Below, one piece after another: positions 9,512 to 19,444 of a stretch of 64,000 nucleotides of DNA; the stretch's first letter is position 1; each line of letters begins with the position of its first letter. The notes beneath the pieces were generated by a model that was not told where the DNA came from, did not search any database, and saw only the letters and a program-made list of their open reading frames with translations. Location: the sequence record NC_005083.2; one strand, written 5' to 3'. A program made the position numbers and the translations under genes.

Positions 9512-10184
9512 TGAGATAATTTTAGTATCTGGTCTTGATAGTTTAGTTCTATATGAATTTCTTGAACGAAAGCCACACCCTGTTTACTTTAAATGGGGTT
9601 TTGCTATCGACGACATTGAAATGGCTGCTTTGCCTGAAGAAACAACTATCATAGAAATGCCAGAGATTTTGCATTTGAAACATGATCCGTATGAGTTCAA
9701 GACACCAAGAAATCCCGATTTAATTGGTCGGAATACGTTGATGTTTAACTCAGTTTTCCATGCATTCAGACCAAACGTAATTTATCGCGGGATGTTGAAA
9801 GGTGATGATTTCTATTACGACGCATCGCCTACGCATTCAGATGAAATCGCAGCTATGTGGTCGAAAATGCTGAATAAAGAGTGTCGAATTGAACAACCGT
9901 TCAAAGACAAAACGAAACGTGACATAATGCAAATGGCGGTCGAATACGGTATTGATGCGAATTCATTACAGCATTGTTACAATCGAGAACACAACTGCGG
10001 TCGATGTAGCAAGTGTGTGGATGCACATGTTAATTCTATGTACACCGACAACCCAGACATCATGTGGCTGAAACGAATAGTTAATGACTCGGGTATGGCA
10101 TCATTGGCTAATCACATGTTTGGTGTTGATACAGTTGACAGAATAAAGGAATTTCTAGATGAATTTGATCGAACAGACTGCTGA
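9501..10184 (+). CDS. QueC-like PP-loop ATPase
   Basis: SGLDS, GRN, TKRDI, CY..CGRCSKC. Confidence 0.8.
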   Translation: MGYDEIILVSGLDSLVLYEFLERKPHPVYFKWGFAIDDIEMAALPEETTIIEMPEILHLKHDPYEFKTPRNPDLIGRNTLMFNSVFHAFRPNVIYRGMLKGDDFYYDASPTHSDEIAAMWSKMLNKECRIEQPFKDKTKRDIMQMAVEYGIDANSLQHCYNREHNCGRCSKCVDAHVNSMYTDNPDIMWLKRIVNDSGMASLANHMFGVDTVDRIKEFLDEFDRTDC

Positions 10185-11052
10185 TAAATTCGAGCATAGT
10201 TACCGAGAAGACGTTCAAGGCGTACAGTGGTATTTCGGTAGTCGAACGCATGATTTTTATCTGTATGGAATAGACTCTCTTATTGATAAAGTCAAAGACT
10301 GTGATTTTATTGAAATCAAGCATGTTCAAGAGGGTACGCTGGTTAAACGAGGCGAAGCTGCGGTCACGGTTACGATTACAGATCATAGTCGTATCGCATA
10401 TGGGAACATGATTGAAACATTGTTGTACAATGAGTTGTGGTATTCGAGCACGGTCGGTACGATTTTACACCGTTGTCTTGATGTGTTGCATGAAAACGGC
10501 TATGACGCTCGTTCAGCATACCCTCAAATCGGACGGGCGAGTTCAACGCCAGAACAGTCAGCTAAAGCAAGGGATGTGTTCGCACGTATATTTTATCAAT
10601 CGTCGAATGAGAAAATACCCGTTGCGATGCACAGTGATATTTTAATCAACGGTGAGGAATATTGCATGGAACATTATAACGGCATCATGATTGATACTTT
10701 CGATAAGCAAGCTTGCATTGACTTGATCAACAAGAAAGACTTTCGAGGGACTGTGATGGTTGACTCTCAGCCAATAATTGAAACAATTGAGAGAGTTCTA
10801 GCTGAAACAAAATGCTTTGTTGCACAAGCTGAAAGTGTTACACTCGATGAGTGGATAGAGATAGTGCGACATTTTAAAGGCAATAAGCGAATTTTCTACG
10901 GGATTGGTAGCTTTGCATTTAGCAATATATCACGAGACACATTTGGTTTGATTTACAAAGTGTGTGCAGTTAAGAAAAACGACAACTGGATCGGAGTTTC
11001 AAAGATGACGACAGGTAAACAAACATCGGCTGGTTATAAGGTTATAGGTTAG
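10159..11052 (+). CDS. divergent, shortened NAMPT/NAPRT-like phosphoribosyltransferase
   Basis: EGTLV, ETLL..LWYSSTV.T, GRASS.E, IDTFD, RDTFG..YK motifs align with 14214..15707. Confidence 0.7.
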   Translation: MNLIEQTADKFEHSYREDVQGVQWYFGSRTHDFYLYGIDSLIDKVKDCDFIEIKHVQEGTLVKRGEAAVTVTITDHSRIAYGNMIETLLYNELWYSSTVGTILHRCLDVLHENGYDARSAYPQIGRASSTPEQSAKARDVFARIFYQSSNEKIPVAMHSDILINGEEYCMEHYNGIMIDTFDKQACIDLINKKDFRGTVMVDSQPIIETIERVLAETKCFVAQAESVTLDEWIEIVRHFKGNKRIFYGIGSFAFSNISRDTFGLIYKVCAVKKNDNWIGVSKMTTGKQTSAGYKVIG

Positions 11053-11054
11053 TT

Positions 11055-12044
11055 ATGAATTATTGTATAGCGCCGTTTACATCGCCGTCTATTACACCAG
11101 ACGGTTTTAAAATTTGCAGCATGCCAGGTCAGAAAGTATACCCTGATATTTCATTCTGGAATAGTGATGAAGTGATCAAGATTCGCGAACAGATTATCGC
11201 TGGTGAAATTCCTGAATCGTGCAAGGCATGTCGTAGTATGCGTGACGGGTTGATTGTGTCAAAAGAAAAACCAACTGATACTCATGTTGACTTGAATTTC
11301 AAAGCTCTTTACATTGCGCGGTCGAACAAGTGTGAATATGCTTGTGAAATGTGCAGTTCATCAATCTCACATAGCTATGACAAGAAATACAATGACGGTA
11401 AGTTGGGGATTATTGAGAATGACTTTGATGTTATTCCGTATCTGCACGAAACACAAGCCGTTGCTATTTCGGGCGGGAACCCTGTCATTGACAAAAAGGT
11501 TGCAGAGATTCTTGAGAATCTAGACCCTGACGTGGTAGAACGTTTCATTATTACTTCAAATGGGACAGTCTTTCCAGACAGATTCTTGAATGCAATTAAG
11601 AGATTGAAATGTGACGCGACTTTGATATTCTCTATGGACGGACCGAAAGAGTTTAATGAAGTGGTTCGATCTGGTGCGAAGCAAGAGAGAATCTATCGCA
11701 CCATTAATCGAGTTCTTGACGAGATTGAAGATTACCCAAACTTGCATGTGGCAATTGAGTATACTTTCACGAATAAGTCAATTCATCACTACGTTGATTT
11801 GTATGATGAAATGCTCTTCGAGATCAACCCGAAGCATTTGAAAAACAACTCAGTTAAAGTGATTGCGAATATGTGTACATACCCGCATCACCTTAGCGTT
11901 ACAACTGTTCCCAAAACCGTCATTGATGACATATTGTTCAATCAGTTGCCGTATTTGAGACAGCAACCCAGCCCATTGTCAAATCAATTCAAACTTGGCT
12001 ATGATAAGTTTTTGACTCAGTATCACAACAGCGTGATTATGTGA
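11055..12044 (+). CDS. radical SAM protein with N-terminal Cys (SPASM/twitch-like) segment
   Basis: CEYACEMC, SGGNP, TSNGT, SMDG. Confidence 0.85.
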   Translation: MNYCIAPFTSPSITPDGFKICSMPGQKVYPDISFWNSDEVIKIREQIIAGEIPESCKACRSMRDGLIVSKEKPTDTHVDLNFKALYIARSNKCEYACEMCSSSISHSYDKKYNDGKLGIIENDFDVIPYLHETQAVAISGGNPVIDKKVAEILENLDPDVVERFIITSNGTVFPDRFLNAIKRLKCDATLIFSMDGPKEFNEVVRSGAKQERIYRTINRVLDEIEDYPNLHVAIEYTFTNKSIHHYVDLYDEMLFEINPKHLKNNSVKVIANMCTYPHHLSVTTVPKTVIDDILFNQLPYLRQQPSPLSNQFKLGYDKFLTQYHNSVIM

Positions 12045-13161
12045 TCAGATCATACGCTTTGATATGTGAGTAAAACTCTGGACACGCAGACGATAAATTA
12101 GTTTTCGTCTTCGTGTCTATTCTTTTGTTAAGAACAAAGAATTCAGGGTTGAATTTACAAACACTGTGTTCCAGAGTAAGACATTCAGCAACGTGCTTAA
12201 ATGGTCTAGCCAAATCCTCACGCCCATCTTTTAAATACGCTTCTTCTTTCACTTTGAATCTTGATAATAGCTGGTCTCGAAATGCAACTGGAATGTTGTA
12301 AATTGAGTATGGATTATCAGGCTCACCGACGACATGCACAGACAAACGTACACGTTTACCATCATAAAGCGAATCAAAATCTGAAACCAATGTTTCAAGA
12401 TGTTCAAGAGTCACGTTTGACACGGTCGCAGTGATAACTACATCAAAGTGTTGCTTGATGACTTCAATGTTTGATTTGACTTTTTTGATGTCTGCAAACA
12501 ATCGAATATAATCTTGGTATTCTCGTAGACCGTCGATTGATACGAACACCGTTGATGCATTAGCTTCTTTAAGCGATTTGATGAGATCTGAGCCATCGGC
12601 TAACACTAGTGATGAGCCATTCGTGAAAATATTCACTGCGGCTTTAATGTCGCCTACGTTGCGAAGAACTTCAGGAGCATTTGACGAGCGGGTAATTTCA
12701 CCGCCTAGAATTGTCAATGACGAAAGTCCTTTGCTGATTGTGTTGATTGTCGTACTCAAATCATTGAATCGAGTACTTGAATCTTCTTCATTGAACAATC
12801 TAGCCTTCAAGTCTGATAATTTGCTGTAGCAGTAACGACAAGCTTGATTACATTCATTACTAGGGAATACTTGTAGCCAGCGAACTGAATCAGCGGGCAT
12901 AATAGGTGAAACTTCAGAATCGTGTTCTGTTAGACGCTGTGGGTCATTATCAGTAATGCACATTTGACATGCCTTTGACAGCTTGCTCATGTCGTGGTTT
13001 AGCATTGCTTCACGATAAGCGACAAGCTTTTCATCATTCCAAGCGTCTGCTAGTGTTTTTTCATCAGTAAACCATTCATAATCAGCCGAACAGCAAAACG
13101 TAATTTGATTGTTTGCTCGTGTGATGAACTGCTTGAACGGCATATAACATAGTGGTTTCAT
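12037..13161 (-). CDS. radical SAM protein
   Basis: CNQACRYC, LGGE, FTNGS, SIDG; N-terminal C..CC..C..C. Confidence 0.85.
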   Translation of the reverse strand: MKPLCYMPFKQFITRANNQITFCCSADYEWFTDEKTLADAWNDEKLVAYREAMLNHDMSKLSKACQMCITDNDPQRLTEHDSEVSPIMPADSVRWLQVFPSNECNQACRYCYSKLSDLKARLFNEEDSSTRFNDLSTTINTISKGLSSLTILGGEITRSSNAPEVLRNVGDIKAAVNIFTNGSSLVLADGSDLIKSLKEANASTVFVSIDGLREYQDYIRLFADIKKVKSNIEVIKQHFDVVITATVSNVTLEHLETLVSDFDSLYDGKRVRLSVHVVGEPDNPYSIYNIPVAFRDQLLSRFKVKEEAYLKDGREDLARPFKHVAECLTLEHSVCKFNPEFFVLNKRIDTKTKTNLSSACPEFYSHIKAYDLIT

Positions 13162-13171
13162 GTTTCTGTCC

Positions 13172-13744
13172 TTAGTTAAAAATGCTACTTGTATATATAG
13201 CAGTCTTCAGGGCATTGAAATGATCGTCAACTCTATTCACGTGTATGCATTCAATGTCAAATCTTTCTTGGATTTCTCGGATGTTGTCTAGCGAGTCGTC
13301 GATGAAGTATTTCACCTCATGCAGTTCACACAGCTTCTCGACATACTTTGCCTTCGAGTCGAAGTACTCAATCGAAATCACCTCACTTATCATCCCTGGG
13401 AATAACGCATTTAGATTATACACGCGATTTGACCATGAAGTTCTACTCATGCTGAACTTGGTTAGTGCAATGATGTTATATCGGTCTGAGAGTTCGCGTA
13501 ACGCATCGTAAGCGTCTTCATATGCGGGTATGTACTTTGCACACTCATGTTCATTGTATGCGCCTATAAGCTTTCCTAGTTGCATGTCACTCACGTTAAT
13601 AAATAAAGAGCGTGCATCGGTATCAGTATTTGAACCGTTGATATTCAAATTATCAAGCATGCCTAATTGCATCATGAAGAATGGCAAGTTGGCTTTCCAG
13701 TTAAGCAAAACCCCGTCTACATCTATGATGATCGTCTTTTTCAT
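13172..13744 (-). CDS. HAD-superfamily phosphatase (T4 gp30.2-like)
   Basis: DVDGVL and FIDD motifs. Confidence 0.75.
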   Translation of the reverse strand: MKKTIIIDVDGVLLNWKANLPFFMMQLGMLDNLNINGSNTDTDARSLFINVSDMQLGKLIGAYNEHECAKYIPAYEDAYDALRELSDRYNIIALTKFSMSRTSWSNRVYNLNALFPGMISEVISIEYFDSKAKYVEKLCELHEVKYFIDDSLDNIREIQERFDIECIHVNRVDDHFNALKTAIYTSSIFN

Positions 13745-13877
13745 TACTACCTCGAAAAAAATTAAAATTTTTCGAAAAAAAGTATTGACACTTAGTTTCG
13801 TTCATGTAATACTTATCTCAACTTAACGAAACAAGTTAAACAAACAAGACAACATTTAATCAAAAAAGGAAATACAC

Positions 13878-14114
13878 ATGAAAAACTTCAAATCAATCGC
13901 AACTGCACTTCTTCTAACTATGACTTTCTCTGCTGGTGCTTTCGCACACGGCTCAGGCGGTACGCTAGGTGGTAACCTTGGCATCGAAATGTGCAAAATC
14001 GGAGCAATCAACTGCGGCTTCCCTAAACAAGAAGTTAAAGTTGAAAAAGAAGCACCAAAAGCTGAAAAGGCTGAGGTGAAAGAAGTTAAGCTGGCAACTG
14101 ATCTGACAGCTTAA
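13878..14114 (+). CDS. small exported protein
   Basis: signal peptide ending AFA; aagga RBS; own promoter at ~13785. Confidence 0.65.
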   Translation: MKNFKSIATALLLTMTFSAGAFAHGSGGTLGGNLGIEMCKIGAINCGFPKQEVKVEKEAPKAEKAEVKEVKLATDLTA

Positions 14115-14117
14115 TTG

Positions 14118-14146
14118 AAATGTGCAGATTCGTCTGCACATTTTGT
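14118..14146 (+). terminator. intrinsic terminator
   Basis: aaatgtgcaga-ttcg-tctgcacatttt. Confidence 0.8.
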
Positions 14147-14213
14147 TTAATAACGACTCATCGAGACATATACTAAAGTCTCACACAATCAAGCATAAAA
14201 TGGGAGCCATACA

Positions 14214-15707
14214 ATGCTAAATCTTAATCAAAATATCGCAATCGCAACTGACAGCTACAAAGTTTCACACTGGTCTCAATTCCCTCGTGGTCTAGAGTAC
14301 AGCCAATATTACGTCGAAAGCCGGGGTGGTAAGTTCGACAAAATTATGGTCGATGGTATGGCATACATGTGTCGTATTCTCGAAAAAGGTGTTTCGATGA
14401 ACGATGTCAAGCGTGCGAAACGTCTGTTCAAAAAGCACTTCGGTTCTGAAGTCTTCAATGACAAGGGTTGGGACATCATCGTTAACGAACTGAAAGGCAA
14501 ACTGCCTATTAAGATTCGTGCGGTCAAAGAAGGTACTGTAGTACCAGTTAAACACCCTATCTTGACGATTGAGAACACAGATCCGCGTTTTGGTTGGCTG
14601 CCTGGCTATCTTGAAACGTTCATCTTGCGTGCTCTTTGGTACCCGACAACTGTAGCAACGATCTCGTTCGAAGTGAAGAAAATCATTCGCCAATTCATGA
14701 AGAAGACGGTTGATGATGAACGCATTGCAGAACAAGAGCCGTTCAAACTTCACGACTTTGGTTCTCGTGGTGTATCAAGTGGCGAATCTGCGGCTATCGG
14801 CGGCTCTGCTCACTTGAAAAACTTCTTGGGTACTGACACTGTAGAAGCACTTGTTGCAGTTGAAGAACTTTACGCTGAAGATGTTGAAGACTTCATTGCA
14901 GGATTCTCAATCCCTGCACGTGAACACTCAACAACTACAATCTACAAAGAAGCTGGTGAAGACCAAGCATTCTTGAACTCTATTGAGCAATGGGGTGCTG
15001 CATTATACGCTTGTGTAATGGACAGCTACGACTACGAAGCAGCAATGAATCGTGTCTCGACTGGTCGCTTCAAAGAGCTAATCATCAGCAAAGGCGGTAC
15101 GTTTGTTGCTCGTCCTGACTCTGGTGTGCCTGTAGATGTAGTAATGAAAGGTCTTGAGATTCTTGGTAAAAACGTTGGTTATACAATCAACAGCAAGGGT
15201 TACAAAGTATTGCACCCTAGCTACCGTATCATTCAAGGTGACGGCGTGAACATCGAAGAAATTCGTCGAATCTTGTCTTACATGGAAAGTAAAGGCTGGT
15301 CGGCAGAAAATATTGCATTCGGTATGGGTGGCGGGTTGCTTCAACAACTTGACCGTGATACTCAACGCTTTGCAATGAAAATGTCAGCGGCAATCATCAA
15401 CGGCGAATACGTTAGCGTGTTCAAAATGCCGAAGACTGATCCGACAAAAGCATCAAAAGCAGGTTTCTTGGATTTGATTGCAGTTGATGCAGACAATCCG
15501 AACCCAGCGGCTCGTGGTTACGTGACGTTCTCTTCTGAAGATTACGACAATCGCGTACACCCGAAAAGCGTGATGCAGACAATCTTCGAAGACGGTGTAA
15601 CAGTTGCCGACTTCTCACTAGAAGAAGCGCGTAAACTGTCTGACGTACAAGCTGATTTCCTGAACGAAGGTGAATGGAAAATCGCGAAAAAGATTCAAAC
15701 TGCGTAA
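14214..15707 (+). CDS. nadV: nicotinamide phosphoribosyltransferase
   Basis: TDSYKVSH, LHDFGSRG, AREHS, RPDSG, IQGDG, FGMGGGLLQ..RDT. Confidence 0.95.
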   Translation: MLNLNQNIAIATDSYKVSHWSQFPRGLEYSQYYVESRGGKFDKIMVDGMAYMCRILEKGVSMNDVKRAKRLFKKHFGSEVFNDKGWDIIVNELKGKLPIKIRAVKEGTVVPVKHPILTIENTDPRFGWLPGYLETFILRALWYPTTVATISFEVKKIIRQFMKKTVDDERIAEQEPFKLHDFGSRGVSSGESAAIGGSAHLKNFLGTDTVEALVAVEELYAEDVEDFIAGFSIPAREHSTTTIYKEAGEDQAFLNSIEQWGAALYACVMDSYDYEAAMNRVSTGRFKELIISKGGTFVARPDSGVPVDVVMKGLEILGKNVGYTINSKGYKVLHPSYRIIQGDGVNIEEIRRILSYMESKGWSAENIAFGMGGGLLQQLDRDTQRFAMKMSAAIINGEYVSVFKMPKTDPTKASKAGFLDLIAVDADNPNPAARGYVTFSSEDYDNRVHPKSVMQTIFEDGVTVADFSLEEARKLSDVQADFLNEGEWKIAKKIQTA

Positions 15708-15739
15708 AATGTGACATTGATCACTAAAAATCGTAAATT

Positions 15740-15774
15740 TAGGGTTGCTTCGGCAGCCCTTTTTTCGTATTATA
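15740..15774 (+). promoter_or_regulatory. terminator hairpin overlapping early promoter
   Basis: agggttgc-ttcg-gcagccct-T run; TTGCTT-17-TATTAT then AGCTACATC. Confidence 0.75.
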
Positions 15775-15814
15775 GCTACATCGAAACGAGATACGAAAAC
15801 AAAGAGAGAACATT

Positions 15815-16141
15815 ATGCAACTAACTACTAACATGACTAAAGCGCAAAAAACTAAAGTTGTTGAAGGTTTCAACTTCGAGCGTGAAACAGGTCAAGGTCA
15901 ATATAAGTTCCGTAACGGTTCTTATGCTATGGAAGGATCAGATGTTGCACGTCGATTCAATCTAATCTCTACTATCGTGACTGGTAAGCCAGCGATTATT
16001 CCTGAAGCGACAGTTGCTGATTTTGACCGCATTGTTCTTATGCAAGCAATGACTGATCAGTTCTTAACAATGAGTTCTGGTAAAGCTTCTCTTGAAGAAT
16101 CTAACGAATTTGGTAAAAAAGTGCTTGCACACTTCGCTTAA
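15815..16141 (+). CDS. hypothetical early protein
   Basis: gagagaacattATG leader. Confidence 0.7.
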   Translation: MQLTTNMTKAQKTKVVEGFNFERETGQGQYKFRNGSYAMEGSDVARRFNLISTIVTGKPAIIPEATVADFDRIVLMQAMTDQFLTMSSGKASLEESNEFGKKVLAHFA

Positions 16142-16182
16142 TTCAATTAGAATACTTACATCAACTGAGAAGAGAGAACATT

Positions 16183-16425
16183 ATGAAAGCAACTATCCCA
16201 CAACTTAAAAAGAAAATCAATTCACTTGCTGACAAATACGGTTACGCTTTTGACAAAAACGCACCGTACTACGTAAATGACGGTCGCATCAAAGCAATCG
16301 AAGCTGCAATCATTACTGTCAAAGAAGACGGTGAAGCGAATCCTACTCGTCGTTATGAGATCAGCGAAAAGCAGCTTGTGTCACTGAACAACTGGGTTCG
16401 TGATTTGAAACACAAATATCTGTGA
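16183..16425 (+). CDS. hypothetical early protein
   Basis: gagagaacattATG leader. Confidence 0.7.
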   Translation: MKATIPQLKKKINSLADKYGYAFDKNAPYYVNDGRIKAIEAAIITVKEDGEANPTRRYEISEKQLVSLNNWVRDLKHKYL

Positions 16426-16431
16426 GGTAGT

Positions 16432-16671
16432 ATGTACGCAATACAAGCAACTAGTCATTTCGTTCAATTCGTTCTAAAGAGCGTGAGCGTAAATGGCTTC
16501 CCGAAATACGTGCCAATGTATACGTTTAATTTGGGAATCATAACAACATTCGCAACTCTTGAAGAATGTCAAAAGTTCATCGACGAGTACGATCCCAACC
16601 CCGACGCATGTCTGCCATGGCGTGCATATAAACTACACGATCTTGAAATCGCTCAACTGGAGACAAAATAA
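16432..16671 (+). CDS. hypothetical protein
   Basis: gagg RBS. Confidence 0.6.
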   Translation: MYAIQATSHFVQFVLKSVSVNGFPKYVPMYTFNLGIITTFATLEECQKFIDEYDPNPDACLPWRAYKLHDLEIAQLETK

Positions 16672-17939
16672 TGGGTTCATTTAACACTACTTGCGCAATC
16701 ACTCGTACACCAATTCAAGAAGGCGGTCTTGCGCGTGTCTTTTTCTTAGAAATGGACGCATTTGCAACAAACTATTACGGTCGTCAAGGTCTGTTTAAGA
16801 ACATCATGATGGGATGTGGTTGCTACCCATGGGATAATTTCAAGATCATCGGTTACCCGCTGCTCGGCAAATATGCAGATTACAACAATTACGAGTTTGA
16901 AGATGCAGATATGGCTAATATGACGCTGGCTGCAATCAACAAACGATACGTACCAAATCGAGTAGCTGAAGGTAAGACGCTTGAAGATTACAATGAATAT
17001 CATGATTACATGGAAATCGACGAGATTTCAGACATGAGTCAGCTTCAAGATATGGAACACAGTGGTTCGCTTCGAGTTAAAGGTGCGCATGGTAATGTAA
17101 CTGCGGTTGTTAAAATGGCAATGCATGAAGAAGTGTACCAAATGATGCTTGAAGGTAACGTGACTGAGGGTTGGGGTGATGATGCGAAGACATATTCATT
17201 TGCCGACGACTTGAAACGTCTCACAGATAAGTATAGTGGTTCAGTATCAGGTTTTGATGCATTAACCGAGCAACAACAGAAGCGAATGAATGACATGCGT
17301 GATGAGCTTTACGCTAAGGCTGACGCGGGCGAAATCAATGAACGCACTGGCGAACCATATACTCGTGAACATGCTGACAAGAGCTTCGAACAAATGGTTG
17401 AATGGCTTGCTGAAGACCGTATTGAGCTTGGCGGCGAACGCGCTGAATGGTTTGCACATCAATCTCATAGCCGAGATATGGCAAATCTTAAAGACAATCA
17501 AGAACTACTTCACAAACTAGCTGAAGCAGTCGTAGGTGCAAAATGGTGTGCTCGATGGATGATGTGTAACAACTACGAATTTGCACCTGTGATGACATGC
17601 GGTCAAGATTACGATACTGCTTCTCATGCGTCGCGTCTTCGTAAGCTTGCTGACATCATCGAATCGAAGAAAAACAAATATCACTACGAAGAGCACGTTG
17701 AACTTGATGTAGTTCGTTCTGAGCGCGTTGAACTGTCTCTAAGTAATCTGAAAGAGCGTTTTGCTGATTGGTACGATGAAGATGAACAAGAATATCAAGA
17801 TCTACTGTCAGCGATTGAAAGTGTAAAAGAACAATCAAGCTTTGTTTACGGTGATGGTTCTATTTTCGATAAATTCATTGAAGAATACGACGTTCTACGT
17901 GATGTTGAAGAAAATACACAAATTCATTTCAAAAAGTAG
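16671..17939 (+). CDS. hypothetical protein (acidic, 422 aa)
   Basis: long ORF starting MGSFNTTCAIT, ggag RBS. Confidence 0.7.
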   Translation: MGSFNTTCAITRTPIQEGGLARVFFLEMDAFATNYYGRQGLFKNIMMGCGCYPWDNFKIIGYPLLGKYADYNNYEFEDADMANMTLAAINKRYVPNRVAEGKTLEDYNEYHDYMEIDEISDMSQLQDMEHSGSLRVKGAHGNVTAVVKMAMHEEVYQMMLEGNVTEGWGDDAKTYSFADDLKRLTDKYSGSVSGFDALTEQQQKRMNDMRDELYAKADAGEINERTGEPYTREHADKSFEQMVEWLAEDRIELGGERAEWFAHQSHSRDMANLKDNQELLHKLAEAVVGAKWCARWMMCNNYEFAPVMTCGQDYDTASHASRLRKLADIIESKKNKYHYEEHVELDVVRSERVELSLSNLKERFADWYDEDEQEYQDLLSAIESVKEQSSFVYGDGSIFDKFIEEYDVLRDVEENTQIHFKK

Positions 17940-17999
17940 TTGACAAGGTGCGTGAGTGGCTGTAATATGTCACTCAACGCCTAACGAGAGAACAATATT

Positions 18000-18260
18000 A
18001 TGAAAGATGAAATTACGCTGCACATTAAGAATCATTGGTTGCACCGTCGCGCATATTTCGTACTTTACAATAAACCGATGAAATTCAGAAAGAAAGCATT
18101 GGCTGAGTGGGAAGAAAAACGCAGTGAATTTTGGTACGTAGTTCAACGACTTAATCCTGAGTTTTTCGCGCAGTGTCCTGAAGGTATGCAACCGTATTTG
18201 TCTTGCGTACCAACCCCGCGCAATGGCGCACAATACTTCTACATCAAATTTGACAAATAA
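18000..18260 (+). CDS. hypothetical early protein
   Basis: TTGACA-17-TAATAT promoter at ~17940. Confidence 0.65.
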   Translation: MKDEITLHIKNHWLHRRAYFVLYNKPMKFRKKALAEWEEKRSEFWYVVQRLNPEFFAQCPEGMQPYLSCVPTPRNGAQYFYIKFDK

Positions 18261-18271
18261 GAGAGAACATC

Positions 18272-18991
18272 ATGAAAAAATTAATCGCAATCGTAGCACT
18301 AGCAGCATCAGTAGCAATGACTGGTTGTACTGACACCATCGACAATTCAGCAACTGATCAGCTAAAAGCAGCCATGCCAGTTCTTTCTCAAACTGAAAAA
18401 GATATGCTGAATGTATTCGCTGCTCCGAACTTCTTGAGCCGTTACGACAACATGTATGCAGAAGTGGTCAAAAATCGCGTACACTTCGGTCAGAAGCCGA
18501 TTCCACGAGCAGATACAGAAGTGCCGTTCTGTGATGTAATCGACGCTGTAATCGCAGCAGAGCGCGAAAACAATCTAACAGAACGTGATTACTCACTGAG
18601 CAATCAATGGAAGATGAAATACGGCATCACACTTCTTGAGCAATGTAATCAATCAGACCGTGCTCGTATTGAAATGCAGATCGCTAAAGCAAAAGCCGAT
18701 GCTGAAGCAGCTAAAGATCGAGTAATCATCGAAGAACAAGAATTCAGCAAGAAAGAAATCAAAGCTGAGAAAATCATCGAAGACACCGTTGTAATCAAAG
18801 ATGATGTGCTACTATCACCTGAACTTGTTCGTGAACTACGTGGCTCAGTTAAAGACTGTAATCGCGCTAAAGTCAAGCTAATGAGTGTAGTTGATGCCGG
18901 TGAGCAGCTAACTACAAAGCACTACGACGAAGTTAAAGGTCTAGTTCTACAGTGTGAAATGTTGAAACTAGAAGTCGAACTCAACAAATAA
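18272..18991 (+). CDS. lipoprotein, paralog of 5733..6428
   Basis: lipobox MTGC; shared EVPFCDVI and KLEVELNK. Confidence 0.75.
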   Translation: MKKLIAIVALAASVAMTGCTDTIDNSATDQLKAAMPVLSQTEKDMLNVFAAPNFLSRYDNMYAEVVKNRVHFGQKPIPRADTEVPFCDVIDAVIAAERENNLTERDYSLSNQWKMKYGITLLEQCNQSDRARIEMQIAKAKADAEAAKDRVIIEEQEFSKKEIKAEKIIEDTVVIKDDVLLSPELVRELRGSVKDCNRAKVKLMSVVDAGEQLTTKHYDEVKGLVLQCEMLKLEVELNK

Positions 18992-19007
18992 CATGACTTG
19001 AATCACA

Positions 19008-19035
19008 TAAAAGCCCCTTAATTGGGGCTTTTTTC
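19008..19035 (+). terminator. intrinsic terminator
   Basis: aagcccc-ttaatt-ggggctt-T run, same core as 2412. Confidence 0.85.
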
Positions 19036-19109
19036 GTTTTAGCGGTTGTATGATGAATGGCAATTGCCTAATATAGCTACATCGAAACGACGAACACAAA
19101 GAGAACATT

Positions 19110-19418
19110 ATGATTATCACAGACTTCCACGCATTTGCACGCAGCGACATCGACTATAACGATAACGAGTACTTTTACATCGTAGCTGAACTACCATGCG
19201 GTTTTCGATTCGCACTTCAGGGAACTAATTTCGGTGATGATGGTGACCGAGCAGAACGTTTCGCAGATAAGATTAATAAAGCGGGGCGTATTGACACAAA
19301 TAATTGGTCAGAGATTGACCCTTGCTATGGGTCTGAAGCTCATCAACGAATCGGTGATTTTCATCTAATGAGCGAAGATGAACTCGAACACGGTAGAAAA
19401 ATGGGTTATTGGTTATAA
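19110..19418 (+). CDS. hypothetical early protein
   Basis: promoter TTGTAT-17-TAATAT-AGCTACATC upstream. Confidence 0.65.
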   Translation: MIITDFHAFARSDIDYNDNEYFYIVAELPCGFRFALQGTNFGDDGDRAERFADKINKAGRIDTNNWSEIDPCYGSEAHQRIGDFHLMSEDELEHGRKMGYWL

Positions 19419-19444
19419 AAAAGGGAGCACTAAGCTCCCTTTCT
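19418..19444. terminator. bidirectional terminator
   Basis: A run-gggagc-acta-agctccc-T run between convergent genes. Confidence 0.75.

Noticed and set aside
14292-15717. antisense ORFs over nadV and similar ones over nrdA, gene 52 and tail fibres
   Set aside because: Shadow frames of strongly supported genes.
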